IMG/VR virus record: IMGVR_UViG_3300027746_000697
Coordinates: 52,632-116,631 of that record
Direction: 5' to 3' (one strand)
DNA: 64,000 bases
Origin: a virus
The notes under the pieces are model-generated. The model was not told the origin of the DNA. It worked only from the letters and a program-made list of their open reading frames with translations, and searched no databases. Below are positions 16,693 through 25,858 of the stretch, piece after piece. Numbering within the stretch: position 1 is the stretch's first letter; every line of letters begins with the position of its first letter. The position numbers and the translations under genes are program-made.

Positions 16693-16899
16693 ATGAAAGC
16701 AGTTACATTTAAAAATCGTATGAACAATGAACAATTTCTATGTGATGACGTTCGAACTGTTCAGCATATTGATGGAGTAGAATATTTACTTGTGCATAAG
16801 TTAGCACAAGATAGAAAATTTCTAATGCGTAAAGATGCATTAGAGAAAGTTAATACCGCTGTCGTTCAACGGAGAGGACAACACTCTTCTAAAGTGTGA
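16693..16899 (+). CDS. Hypothetical protein (3' end runs into tRNA-Arg)
   Basis: Strong AGGAG SD. Confidence 0.65.
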   Translation: MKAVTFKNRMNNEQFLCDDVRTVQHIDGVEYLLVHKLAQDRKFLMRKDALEKVNTAVVQRRGQHSSKV

Positions 16900-16929
16900 A
16901 TGAGGGTTCGACTCCTTCCAGCGGTGCCA
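16855..16929 (+). tRNA. tRNA-Arg(TCT)
   Basis: Loop CTTCTAA, CCA. Confidence 0.9.
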
Positions 16930-16936
16930 AGAATTA

Positions 16937-17011
16937 CGGCCATTGGTGAAATGGATATCATCTCTGTCTTCGAAACAGAGGGTGTGGGTTCGATTCCTGC
17001 ATGGCCGGCCA
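16937..17011 (+). tRNA. tRNA-Arg(TCG)
   Basis: Loop CTTCGAA, CCA. Confidence 0.9.
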
Positions 17012-17078
17012 TTTAACGGTTGACAACTATAGTAATTGGCAATACAATTAAGTCATGTTTAACCAATGAAAGAAAAAC

Positions 17079-17633
17079 ATGAATCATTTACGTACTAGAT
17101 ATAAAGCTGATTGGTACGATAAAAAGATCGAACAGAATAAGGTAATTCAGGACGATCTTATTAGTATTATTAACAAGTATAAGGAACCTAATTTTCCTTG
17201 GTCAGAAGATATGCTGAGATATCTCGAGAATGAAAACTTACTCGAAATTGCCATACCTACAGTTAACAAAGGTATTAGTGTAGTGTTAGGGGAAGGTATG
17301 GATTTTGATAATCATGGGGATGCTAAACTATCAATCGCAAGATTTCATTCAGGCGGTTCTAGTTACGCATCTGGCATTAAATGTAAGTATAAGGAATTTA
17401 TATTAGCATACGTATATGAACCTATACAAAAGAAATCGTATTATTTTGCCTTTCCAAAAAAGTATAACGAACATACTATTCCGTTTGATAAAAACACAGG
17501 TGCACCAAAGCGTAATAATTATATGTGGGACTACGAATGTTCCACGTTTGAAGAAATGGCAAACTACAATATAGGATTAGGACTAGTTGAACAAATACCT
17601 AAAAATACATTTGACAATTTCTTTTTTGCATAG
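17079..17633 (+). CDS. Hypothetical protein
   Basis: ORF with its own TTGACA-17-TACAAT promoter at about 17019. Confidence 0.7.
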   Translation: MNHLRTRYKADWYDKKIEQNKVIQDDLISIINKYKEPNFPWSEDMLRYLENENLLEIAIPTVNKGISVVLGEGMDFDNHGDAKLSIARFHSGGSSYASGIKCKYKEFILAYVYEPIQKKSYYFAFPKKYNEHTIPFDKNTGAPKRNNYMWDYECSTFEEMANYNIGLGLVEQIPKNTFDNFFFA

Positions 17634-17679
17634 TATAATAGTCATATACTAAGCAATTAGTGTTGTTCTTTAAAAATTT
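17611..17679 (+). promoter_or_regulatory. Sigma70 promoter followed by an rrn-type boxA
   Basis: TTGACA-17-TATAAT (17611-39) and TGTTCTTTAAAAATTT (17664-79). Confidence 0.7.
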
Positions 17680-17690
17680 AAATCAAATAT

Positions 17691-17765
17691 GGAGCCATCG
17701 TCTATCGGTTAGGACATCTGGTTTTCATCCAGGCAAGCGGGGTTCGATTCCCCGTGGCTCTTCCA
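17691..17765 (+). tRNA. tRNA-Glu(TTC), second copy
   Basis: Loop TTTTCAT, Glu-type D-arm. Confidence 0.85.
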
Positions 17766-17967
17766 TATACGTGCTCTTTGAGTAGCTACAGTGGAACACC
17801 GAGAAACTTGCCAATGTCGACCAAAGCAAGGACCGGCCATGAAGAGAAGGGCTACCGTGGATTCAAGCGCCGCAGAGAGCACCTATATGGAATATATAAA
17901 AGCACACTAAGCAACACCCAACTGACTGGGATAGTAAGATGGCATTGCCCTTAGTGTGTTTTTATAT

Positions 17968-18044
17968 GCCCCGGTGGTGAAATTGGTAAACACAGCGGTC
18001 TTAGAAGCCGTAAGCTGAGAGTTCGAGTCTCTCCCAGGGCACCA
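17968..18044 (+). tRNA. tRNA-Leu(TAG), short variable loop
   Basis: Loop CTTAGAA, A73. Confidence 0.88.
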
Positions 18045-18049
18045 AATTA

Positions 18050-18139
18050 GGAAGCGTGGCAGAGTCCGGCTTATTGCAACAGTCTTGAAAACTGTCGGCT
18101 CGAAAGGGTCCGTGAGTTCAAATCTCACCGCTTCCGCCA
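18050..18139 (+). tRNA. tRNA-Ser(TGA)
   Basis: Loop CTTGAAA, long variable arm, G73. Confidence 0.95.
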
Positions 18140-18152
18140 TAATAAATAGTGT

Positions 18153-18704
18153 ATGAAAAATACGTTCCATCATAGATTAAATATCCCAGTTAAATTTACA
18201 CCAGTGTTTTTAGAAGATGCTCCTGTAATTTCTAATTACGATACAAATTTAATTAATAAAGAATTTTTAAATTGGATAGAATCTCTAAATTTAGAAATTA
18301 GCGGTTCGGAGTTATTCCATTTAAAACCAAATAATGATAAGAATCCAGATAGTTTACCAATTCATCTAGATACTGGTGGATTTGATAATCATATTAAATT
18401 AAATTTTGTATACTGTAACACGACATCTAAAATGAATTGGTTTACTTGCAACGATATAAGTAAATTACAAGTTTTAAAAACGCCCACTGATACAGAATAT
18501 ACTTTAGCAAACGCAGAAGATTGCGAGTTAGTGTACTCAGCACAAATAGGACAACCAAGTTTAGTTAATGCTGGCATGTTACATAGTGTATCGCCTGTAG
18601 AGTCTGAAAGGTATTGTTTTTCGTTTACTTTAATAAAAGACGGCAATATAATTACTTGGGAACAAGCAGAAGAAATTTTTAAAGAATATGTATCCTTAGT
18701 GTAA
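18153..18704 (+). CDS. Hypothetical cupin/2OG-oxygenase-like protein
   Basis: IHLD..LVNAGMLHSV..RYCFS. Confidence 0.7.
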   Translation: MKNTFHHRLNIPVKFTPVFLEDAPVISNYDTNLINKEFLNWIESLNLEISGSELFHLKPNNDKNPDSLPIHLDTGGFDNHIKLNFVYCNTTSKMNWFTCNDISKLQVLKTPTDTEYTLANAEDCELVYSAQIGQPSLVNAGMLHSVSPVESERYCFSFTLIKDGNIITWEQAEEIFKEYVSLV

Positions 18705-18763
18705 TGGCAGCATTACAGTCTCCAAAACTGTCGGTCGGGGTTCGAGTCCCTGAGGGTACGCCA
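18690..18763 (+). tRNA. tRNA-Trp(CCA)
   Basis: Loop CTCCAAA, G73. Confidence 0.92.
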
Positions 18764-18769
18764 AATATT

Positions 18770-18854
18770 GCGACTGTGGTGAAATAGGTAGACACAAGAG
18801 ACTTAAAATCTCTCGCTTTCGGGCGTGCCGGTTCGATTCCGGCCAGTCGCACCA
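18770..18854 (+). tRNA. tRNA-Leu(TAA)
   Basis: Loop CTTAAAA, long variable arm. Confidence 0.95.
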
Positions 18855-18880
18855 AGATATAGTAATAAGTAAAAGAACAA

Positions 18881-18970
18881 GGAATGGTCCCATAATGGTA
18901 TTGGAGCGGATTGCTAATCCGTCGAGTGGTGAAAGCCGCTTTCTGAGTTCGAGTCTCAGTCATTCCGCCA
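18881..18970 (+). tRNA. tRNA-Ser(GCT)
   Basis: Loop TTGCTAA, long variable arm. Confidence 0.9.
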
Positions 18971-18990
18971 AGTTATATAAAAAGGAAAAT

Positions 18991-19221
18991 ATGTTAAAAC
19001 CAAATAAGACATTCAAATTAAGTAAGACAACCAAACGTATGCTGTGTAGTATTACTAACACAGAACAACGTAATCAGTACAAGCGAATGATGATCGATGC
19101 AGAACTTTGTGCGGCCATTGTTCCAAAGAGTATTAAATCGGATCGTGGTGCTCCACGTGGCAATGGTCCGACTGGATATCAAACTAACGATACTGGAACT
19201 GCCAGTACCAGCACCGCTTGA
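18991..19221 (+). CDS. Hypothetical basic protein
   Basis: AAGGA SD; start reassigned to MLKPNK. Confidence 0.65.
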   Translation: MLKPNKTFKLSKTTKRMLCSITNTEQRNQYKRMMIDAELCAAIVPKSIKSDRGAPRGNGPTGYQTNDTGTASTSTA

Positions 19222-19239
19222 AATAAGTAATACAGTTTT

Positions 19240-19315
19240 GCCGCTTTAGCTCATTTGGTAGAGCAGCCGCCTTGTAAGCGGCAGGTGGTCAGTTCGAATC
19301 CGACAAGCGGCACCA
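19240..19315 (+). tRNA. tRNA-Thr(TGT), second copy
   Basis: Loop CTTGTAA, canonical. Confidence 0.93.
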
Positions 19316-19709
19316 ACCCCCGGCTACACTTCTACGTTAAGGAAGTGCGTGATTGCAAATACGATAATTGCACGGTGCATTGGATCTACCGCAAGGCTCT
19401 CTTTAAGGGCGACTTGAGAAATCACAAAGGCAGGGACGTTTCCCGTCTAAATAGAAAAGAACGTGGACAGAGTAACCGCTCAGTCTAGGGCTCATGTGGT
19501 GTGAGTAGCTAGACACTTTATTAAAGCATACTTGAATCCCACATAGTGAACAGATCAGGTTTGGCATCCCGGGCAGTTGAACAATAGTTTGACAACGCCA
19601 AATACGCCATAGTATGTTTTAATAAAGTACATTTAACTGGTCTATAAGATCAGTAGTAAGGACAGGGCACCAGCAGTAGCGAAAGCCATAAATGTGCTTT
19701 ACTCAACAT

Positions 19710-19783
19710 GCGGGATTAGTTTAATGGTAAAACAGCAGATTTCCAATCTTCGGTCGGGGGTTCGATTCCCCCATCCCGCTCCA
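19710..19783 (+). tRNA. tRNA-Gly(TCC)
   Basis: Loop TTTCCAA, U73. Confidence 0.92.
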
Positions 19784-19797
19784 AACTAAGGAATAGT

Positions 19798-20391
19798 ATG
19801 AAGGTATATCACGAAGATTATCTTTACGGATTTGACTTAGAATCTATCAACAATGATAAACTAGTTGAATTTTGTCTTGAAGTCGAGCAATTTTTATTAC
19901 AACAGTTACCTCCAGTTGATCCTGGTTGGTACGGAAGTGTATCAAGTGCTCACAACATGTCATACAATCTTCTTACATTTCCAAACAAAGAATTAAACAA
20001 GTTATATCATTCTATAAAAGAAAACGTAATCCCGTTATTAGATGCGGATACTACTTATGTGATAAAAAGCTGGTTAAATGTTTATCGTGCAGGACAAAAA
20101 ATTGATTGGCACGGCCACTGGGCTGAAGAAAGCAAAGTATGGCATGGATTTTATTGTGCCCAAGTTGGGGACAGTGCAACCTATTATAAGATTCCAGAAG
20201 TTAAAGAAGTCATAACTGTTACTAGTAATGAAGGTTTATTAGTAATTGGCAAGAGTGCAGGAGATAAACATCGTAGCTCTGATTGGCATGATAATGCAAT
20301 GCCCAGAATCACACTAGCATTTGATATTATTCCTATAGAGTCTATCGATAATAAACTATCTGTAAATCATTATTTGCCGTTTAAATTATGA
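19798..20391 (+). CDS. Putative Fe(II)/2OG oxygenase
   Basis: SWLN..WHGH..GFY..H..RITLAFD. Confidence 0.75.
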   Translation: MKVYHEDYLYGFDLESINNDKLVEFCLEVEQFLLQQLPPVDPGWYGSVSSAHNMSYNLLTFPNKELNKLYHSIKENVIPLLDADTTYVIKSWLNVYRAGQKIDWHGHWAEESKVWHGFYCAQVGDSATYYKIPEVKEVITVTSNEGLLVIGKSAGDKHRSSDWHDNAMPRITLAFDIIPIESIDNKLSVNHYLPFKL

Positions 20392-20636
20392 TCGATTATA
20401 TAACAACATTTTTTGCAATTTTTTTACTCGATATTGTTTACACATACTACTTAAGATGTGTACAATACAATCAAGTATTAAAAGCCAGTGGATGGAGTGT
20501 AGCCTGTTATGTACTAGGTAGTATAGCAGTTATAAATTATACCACTAACCATTGGCTAATTATTCCTGCAATGGCAGGTGCCTTTTGCGGTACGTTTGTT
20601 GGAATGAAAATTAAAAAGAAACAATTCGGAGTGTAG
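20388..20636 (+). CDS. Small multi-TM membrane protein
   Basis: Three hydrophobic segments. Confidence 0.7.
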   Translation: MIDYITTFFAIFLLDIVYTYYLRCVQYNQVLKASGWSVACYVLGSIAVINYTTNHWLIIPAMAGAFCGTFVGMKIKKKQFGV

Positions 20637-20703
20637 CACAGCCTGGTAGTGCGCCTGGTTTGGGACCAGGAGGTCCAAGGTTCGAATCCTTGTACTCCGA
20701 CCA
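20627..20703 (+). tRNA. tRNA-Pro(TGG)
   Basis: Canonical loop TTTGGGA. Confidence 0.95.
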
Positions 20704-20710
20704 TAGTTAT

Positions 20711-20786
20711 CGCGGGGAGGGTCCGGTCACCAGCGTGGTCTCATAAGCCATTGCCATCCTTGGTTCAAATCCAAGCCCCGCAACCA
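20711..20786 (+). tRNA. tRNA-fMet(CAT)-like, atypical
   Basis: CGCGGGG/CCCCGCA-A-CCA with C1:A72 mismatch, loop CTCATAA, reduced D-arm. Confidence 0.75.
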
Positions 20787-20791
20787 ATTAA

Positions 20792-20866
20792 CTCGCTATA
20801 GTACAATGGATAGTATAGGGGTTTCCTAAACCTTTGATCCAAGTTCGATTCTTGGTGGCGGGACCA
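20792..20866 (+). tRNA. tRNA-Arg(CCT)
   Basis: Loop TTCCTAA, CCA. Confidence 0.9.
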
Positions 20867-20867
20867 A

Positions 20868-21449
20868 TTATAATAAATTGTTAATTTTGTTGAATACAAG
20901 CACATTGTCAATTGGATCTAGATGATTTAAAGACCCTTGCTTGTTTTTAAATAGATGAGAAAATTTAAGCATATTGGGAAACTCGTATAACCCTTCCCAA
21001 TCGATAACAGACACATGTATTACTTTATCATTCACCGGTGCTAGCGTATGCATCACCTTTTCGCAAAGTAAATGATGAATATATTTTGCATGTTCAAAGT
21101 CAAAATACTTTTCAAAATACTCAATCATAGGTTTTAAACTGCTATCCGCAAGAGAGTGTTTTTTGATATCAGTATAGATTAAATCGCAATTTTTATGTAA
21201 CGGATCGCTATAATGTATAGGATGATGTTCTATATGTATTCTATACGGGCTAGTATGTGCTACTACAATCTTGTCAAAAGATAATAAGTCTACTGATTCT
21301 AATTGTTTTAACACTTTATATTCGCCACAGCCAGCTTGTGCTAAATTAGTAACATTGTGTATTTTAGACAACATATTAGGCCAACCTTCTCCTTGATATT
21401 TTACAGTCCAGTCAGCCGCAAAACTATCACCACAAATTAACAAGTTCAT
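20868..21449 (-). CDS. SGNH/GDSL-like hypothetical protein
   Basis: ICGDSF..WP..NLAQAG..NH. Confidence 0.65.
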   Translation of the reverse strand: MNLLICGDSFAADWTVKYQGEGWPNMLSKIHNVTNLAQAGCGEYKVLKQLESVDLLSFDKIVVAHTSPYRIHIEHHPIHYSDPLHKNCDLIYTDIKKHSLADSSLKPMIEYFEKYFDFEHAKYIHHLLCEKVMHTLAPVNDKVIHVSVIDWEGLYEFPNMLKFSHLFKNKQGSLNHLDPIDNVLVFNKINNLL

Positions 21450-22117
21450 ACTATATCCAAGTTAACAACGCCGGTGGCATCATTAGCAATAAATTTATTA
21501 ATAGATTCATATATTGCATTGTGAACAGATTCACTGCCTATATGATTTGGCCTTGGATCATCGATTAACATTTGTTTCAATTCGTTGCCTTTAAGATTCA
21601 TTTCTTTTATTTCTCGTTTTGAAAAATAAACTAGTCCAGGTCTAATTTCGTTTTCGAAGGTAGTAGCAAACGTATGTTTTTTATAATTAAGATGGAAATC
21701 TTGTTCCCAAGGCCATGTAAAAGTTGATGACTGATTGCTAGGAGAACTCCAAAGCACTATCAACTTAGATTGTGAACATAGTTCTTTAAATCGTTTTAAC
21801 GTGTATAGATAGTGTTCAAATGCCAACTCATTATTATAAAAATATTCAAAATAATCGGCTAATAATTTTTCTTGTTTTTCTAAAGGCAGATTTCGAATAG
21901 ATCCGGTATAAGGAAACATATAATCGTTCCATACTACTATCACAATGTCTTTACTGGTTAATTTTTCATGTACTGCCAATAACGCTAACAACATGTCAGA
22001 GTTGGATGTATTAGATTTGGCAAGATTTGTCACTTGATAGTTTTGATTAAGTTGGGTCACCCAACTAATTGGGTTGTTCTCATTAACTGCATAGCTTCCG
22101 CCAAATATATAAATCAT
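21446..22117 (-). CDS. SGNH/GDSL-like hypothetical protein
   Basis: IFGGSY..W..NLA..SN..NH. Confidence 0.6.
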   Translation of the reverse strand: MIYIFGGSYAVNENNPISWVTQLNQNYQVTNLAKSNTSNSDMLLALLAVHEKLTSKDIVIVVWNDYMFPYTGSIRNLPLEKQEKLLADYFEYFYNNELAFEHYLYTLKRFKELCSQSKLIVLWSSPSNQSSTFTWPWEQDFHLNYKKHTFATTFENEIRPGLVYFSKREIKEMNLKGNELKQMLIDDPRPNHIGSESVHNAIYESINKFIANDATGVVNLDIV

Positions 22118-22159
22118 GAAATATTTATGGCAGGCTTATTTTAAAGGATAAGTATTTGA

Positions 22160-24058
22160 ATGAAAACTATACAACTTTTATCGCTCACCGGCTGGAACGA
22201 TTTTATCCCAGTTCTTTGGCCAAGTGCAAAAACATTTTATGAATTGTATGGTAAATATCCTGAAAATTATAACTGGATATTGCCTACAACCGAAATTCAT
22301 AGAGATATAGAAGAAAATCAACGTGAATTGTCATTGAATCCTCCAGATGTGCTAGGCGTAAGTTTGTATGTATGGAATTATGACAGAACCATGTCATTAT
22401 TAAAATGGGCAAAAGAACAATGGCCAAATTGTCTAATTATTACGGGCGGCCCACACCAATACTTTAAACATCACCCCGACTGGTTTCGAAAAAATTGGTT
22501 TATTGATGCAAGTTTGCCCAGCGAAGTATACGGAGAGATTGCCATCACTGACATATTAAACAATTTGAAGGATGATAATACCATCAGCTGGAATACCGTT
22601 GAACAAATGGTTTATCCTAGTAAGGATCGTTCAATGATGTTGAAGAGTCCAAAAGCATCTTACAAACGAGATTTTAAATGGAATTATTCTGCTTTTGAAG
22701 CACAGCAAGAACATATACAACAGTATATTGATTACTACTATGCAAATTCAGAAAATCCAGCGTTGCATAGTAAACTTGAAACAACTAGAGGTTGCCCGTA
22801 TGAATGTACGTTTTGTGATTGGGGCGGCGGCATTGGCACCAAAGTAATTCTGAAAGACTTAGATTGTGTCAAAAAAGATTTAGACGTATTGTTAAGTTAT
22901 GATATTAGCAGTGTGTATGTATGCGATGCTAATTTTGGAATCAACGGAGAACGAGATGTTGGCATAGTTCAATACATTGCAGATAAGAAAAACGCTTCTC
23001 TGAAAGATCGATTTCCAAATGTACAATATGGCGGATATGCTAAAACTAACAAACACTTTCATTTTTTAAAAAGAATCTTTACTATTGAGGCTATTAATAA
23101 AATGTCGTATGTGTACAAGATGTCCCAACAGTCATTTAACACTAACATATTAGCTAATATCAAACGTACAGATTTACGGGTGAACGAACATTTTGAATTA
23201 GCGGATTATCTTCGAACAGAATTTGGTTACGAAGCCACTATTGAAATTATTATAGGACTACCGGGTACTACATTAGATACTTGGTATAACGAATTTAACA
23301 TACCATACGAAAAACAAATACTAGTTCGAGCATATGAATGGTACTTGTTACCCGAAGCCGAAAGTTTTGAAAAAGAGTACAGAGATAAATGGGGTATTAA
23401 AACAGCTCTCAAACGTGCGGATCAGCTTATTGATGGCATTCCCAGTGAGATTGTTGTTGAAGGTGGTACATTTTCAAGAAATGATTACAAAGAATTTACA
23501 ACTGCGTATGCACTATATATTTTCTTTAATCAGAGTGGAGTCTATAAGAAATCTATCAAAGAGTTATTGAAAATAAAAAATATAAAATTTGGAGATTTCT
23601 TAAGACAATTTTATAATGAATGTTATCCGTTGTTAAAATTGGCCAGTTTAGAATCATTCACACATTTTGAAAAACATCTAGACGAAGTGGTTTCGGACGA
23701 GATAAACGAAACATTTCATAATTTAACATGGTTAAACAACCACGGCCCGCAGGTACATAGATTCATTTATTTTATTATAGAATATTTCAAGCACTATGAA
23801 ATGCTTGGTCCTATTGTTGAAAAATGGTTTATTGAAAATGGTGTAAACCCATCGTTAGTGCAAGGTGAAGCCGAGACAATATATAGCGCAAAGCGATTAA
23901 ATACCACTAGAGGGTTTATTAAAAAAATATCTTTTGATTTTTATAAAGACGAAAGAGAATTTTATGAGGATGTTATGCGGTCAAGCCAATATACTTATGG
24001 AAATTTGTTAGTAGCCGAAAAACGTGTCCTGAGTGCTAATATAACTTGGGGATTTTAA
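22160..24058 (+). CDS. Cobalamin-binding radical SAM enzyme
   Basis: GVSLYVWN..GGPH B12-binding domain; ETTRGCPYECTFCDW. Confidence 0.9.
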   Translation: MKTIQLLSLTGWNDFIPVLWPSAKTFYELYGKYPENYNWILPTTEIHRDIEENQRELSLNPPDVLGVSLYVWNYDRTMSLLKWAKEQWPNCLIITGGPHQYFKHHPDWFRKNWFIDASLPSEVYGEIAITDILNNLKDDNTISWNTVEQMVYPSKDRSMMLKSPKASYKRDFKWNYSAFEAQQEHIQQYIDYYYANSENPALHSKLETTRGCPYECTFCDWGGGIGTKVILKDLDCVKKDLDVLLSYDISSVYVCDANFGINGERDVGIVQYIADKKNASLKDRFPNVQYGGYAKTNKHFHFLKRIFTIEAINKMSYVYKMSQQSFNTNILANIKRTDLRVNEHFELADYLRTEFGYEATIEIIIGLPGTTLDTWYNEFNIPYEKQILVRAYEWYLLPEAESFEKEYRDKWGIKTALKRADQLIDGIPSEIVVEGGTFSRNDYKEFTTAYALYIFFNQSGVYKKSIKELLKIKNIKFGDFLRQFYNECYPLLKLASLESFTHFEKHLDEVVSDEINETFHNLTWLNNHGPQVHRFIYFIIEYFKHYEMLGPIVEKWFIENGVNPSLVQGEAETIYSAKRLNTTRGFIKKISFDFYKDEREFYEDVMRSSQYTYGNLLVAEKRVLSANITWGF

Positions 24059-24061
24059 ATT

Positions 24062-24706
24062 ATGAAAAATGCTGTTGAATGTTTAAACTTCAAAGTTGAT
24101 TTGAATCAACTACGTTCTTACTACAACGAACTTAAAGCATCGTATCAAGAATACAATTGGTCTTATATGGATAATCCTGAAGATATCCGGGACGACATTT
24201 ATAATTTTAATAATCAATATAACAAAAAACGCAATGCATTTGGGTGGGCTATCACTGTGCCTGAAATACTGAGCGATAATAAAAAAGTTGTACCGTGGAC
24301 TAATATACATAAAGATTTTGTATATGGTGCTGAACATTTGGCAACTGAAAAACAAACACCTATGGTTTTTGGTATAGTTAAAAAAATACTAGAAATATTT
24401 CCGTATGCAAAACAAGTTAGTTTAACTGTGTTTGTACCGGGTGCGCATATTGTTCCACACAAAGACGAAGATTACTTAATTAGAGTACATATTCCAATTT
24501 ACACAAGCAAGGATGCCAAGTGGTTAACATGGAACGGTTACCAACCTCTTGACAAGGTTGGGCAAGCCTATCTGTGCGACACTAGAGATATTCATAGTGT
24601 ATACAACGATGGCGATTCTGATAGAGTTCACTTGTTATTTGCCATAGAATCACAGTATGAAGAACATATTAAAAGCATAACTGGTATACTAAAGACAGAT
24701 GAATGA
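24062..24706 (+). CDS. Asp/Asn beta-hydroxylase-like Fe(II)/2OG oxygenase
   Basis: PHKD..RVHIPI..HSVYN..DRVHL. Confidence 0.85.
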   Translation: MKNAVECLNFKVDLNQLRSYYNELKASYQEYNWSYMDNPEDIRDDIYNFNNQYNKKRNAFGWAITVPEILSDNKKVVPWTNIHKDFVYGAEHLATEKQTPMVFGIVKKILEIFPYAKQVSLTVFVPGAHIVPHKDEDYLIRVHIPIYTSKDAKWLTWNGYQPLDKVGQAYLCDTRDIHSVYNDGDSDRVHLLFAIESQYEEHIKSITGILKTDE

Positions 24707-25379
24707 AATTAAAGAATTTTATTCTCGACTACAATTTCCAGGTACTTATACTATTGTAGATTTAGAATTTTATGACAGCATAGTATGTAATGACTATCTA
24801 AAAATATTTGATGATGCAGTATCCGGAGCAAGTTCAGTTTTAGATATTGGGTGTGGAAGTGGTTTCATTATTAATTTTCTAGCACGAAGATATCCCAACA
24901 TATCATTTGATGCTGTTGATTTTAGTGACAGTATTGATATTGCCAAACGGTTTAGTAAAGATCATGGCATCTATAATATTAATTATTATAAAGAAGATTT
25001 TTTAACTTGGAATACTGATAAAACTTACGATTTAATTTTGTCTAACGGTGTACTGCATCATATTCCAGAATATAAACAGGCCATAAGTAAAATACATACT
25101 TTAGCAACTGATAAAGTTGTGATTGGTATTTACAACAAGTACGGAAAAGTATTAAAACGTATTGCAAAAGTACAATACGTATCAAATATATTATACATAG
25201 ATCAAGAGCAGTGTCCGTTTGAAATGGCATTTACTGATAAAGAATTTAAAAGTTTATTTGATATATTTGATATCCACACAGCGTATCCAAGTTTCCAAAA
25301 TAAATTAATCGATTTTATAAACTTGTTTAATGCCAAAAACGGCGGACTAACCATTTATTCCATGAGCTTGCCAAAGTAA
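24699..25379 (+). CDS. Class I SAM-dependent methyltransferase
   Basis: VLDIGCGSG; GVLHH. Confidence 0.9.
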   Translation: MNEIKEFYSRLQFPGTYTIVDLEFYDSIVCNDYLKIFDDAVSGASSVLDIGCGSGFIINFLARRYPNISFDAVDFSDSIDIAKRFSKDHGIYNINYYKEDFLTWNTDKTYDLILSNGVLHHIPEYKQAISKIHTLATDKVVIGIYNKYGKVLKRIAKVQYVSNILYIDQEQCPFEMAFTDKEFKSLFDIFDIHTAYPSFQNKLIDFINLFNAKNGGLTIYSMSLPK

Positions 25380-25428
25380 TTGACATTACGACAACTTGCC
25401 TATATAATACAACTTTAACGGAGCATAT

Positions 25429-25689
25429 ATGAAACAACGCATATTCAATCAAGTACGTAAACCGCTTGACCTTAGTCGCGGCCCTGGAATTGATACAGAA
25501 ATTTGTACCGTTCAAGCTGGCGGAAATAGATTCAATCTGGTGCTGATTGCCAGCGAACGTGCAAGAGAAATCCGCCGTCAAAATAAAGAAAGTGACAAGC
25601 GTGAACATGTTCACAGCATTGTGACAGCACTGGAAGAAATTCAACGTGGTGAAATCGAACCCCGTAAGTATCTCAACAAAGTGAGATAA
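25429..25689 (+). CDS. rpoZ: RNA polymerase omega subunit homolog
   Basis: NRFNLVLIASERAREI..ALEEI..G; sigma70 promoter at 25380-25408. Confidence 0.8.
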   Translation: MKQRIFNQVRKPLDLSRGPGIDTEICTVQAGGNRFNLVLIASERAREIRRQNKESDKREHVHSIVTALEEIQRGEIEPRKYLNKVR

Positions 25690-25696
25690 TAACTTT

Positions 25697-25771
25697 GCCT
25701 GGTTAGCTCAGGGGTAGAGCAACGCCTTTACACGGCGAAGGTCCGCGGTTCGAAACCGTGACCAGGTACCA
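25697..25771 (+). tRNA. tRNA-Val(TAC)
   Basis: Loop TTTACAC, CCA. Confidence 0.92.
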
Positions 25772-25777
25772 AATAAT

Positions 25778-25854
25778 GTGGGTGTGCCGCTGAATGGTTA
25801 GGCCCCGGATTGCAAATCCGTATTATGCAGGTTCGAGTCCTGTCACCCACTCCA
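25778..25854 (+). tRNA. tRNA-Cys(GCA)
   Basis: Loop TTGCAAA, U73. Confidence 0.88.
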
Positions 25855-25858
25855 AATT

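Noticed and set aside
13778-19488. ORF-track entries overlapping tRNAs (13778-14059, 15870-16145, 16383-16592, 17754-18173, 18679-18963, 19255-19488)
   Set aside because: They are shadow translations of tRNA or ncRNA sequence with no RBS.
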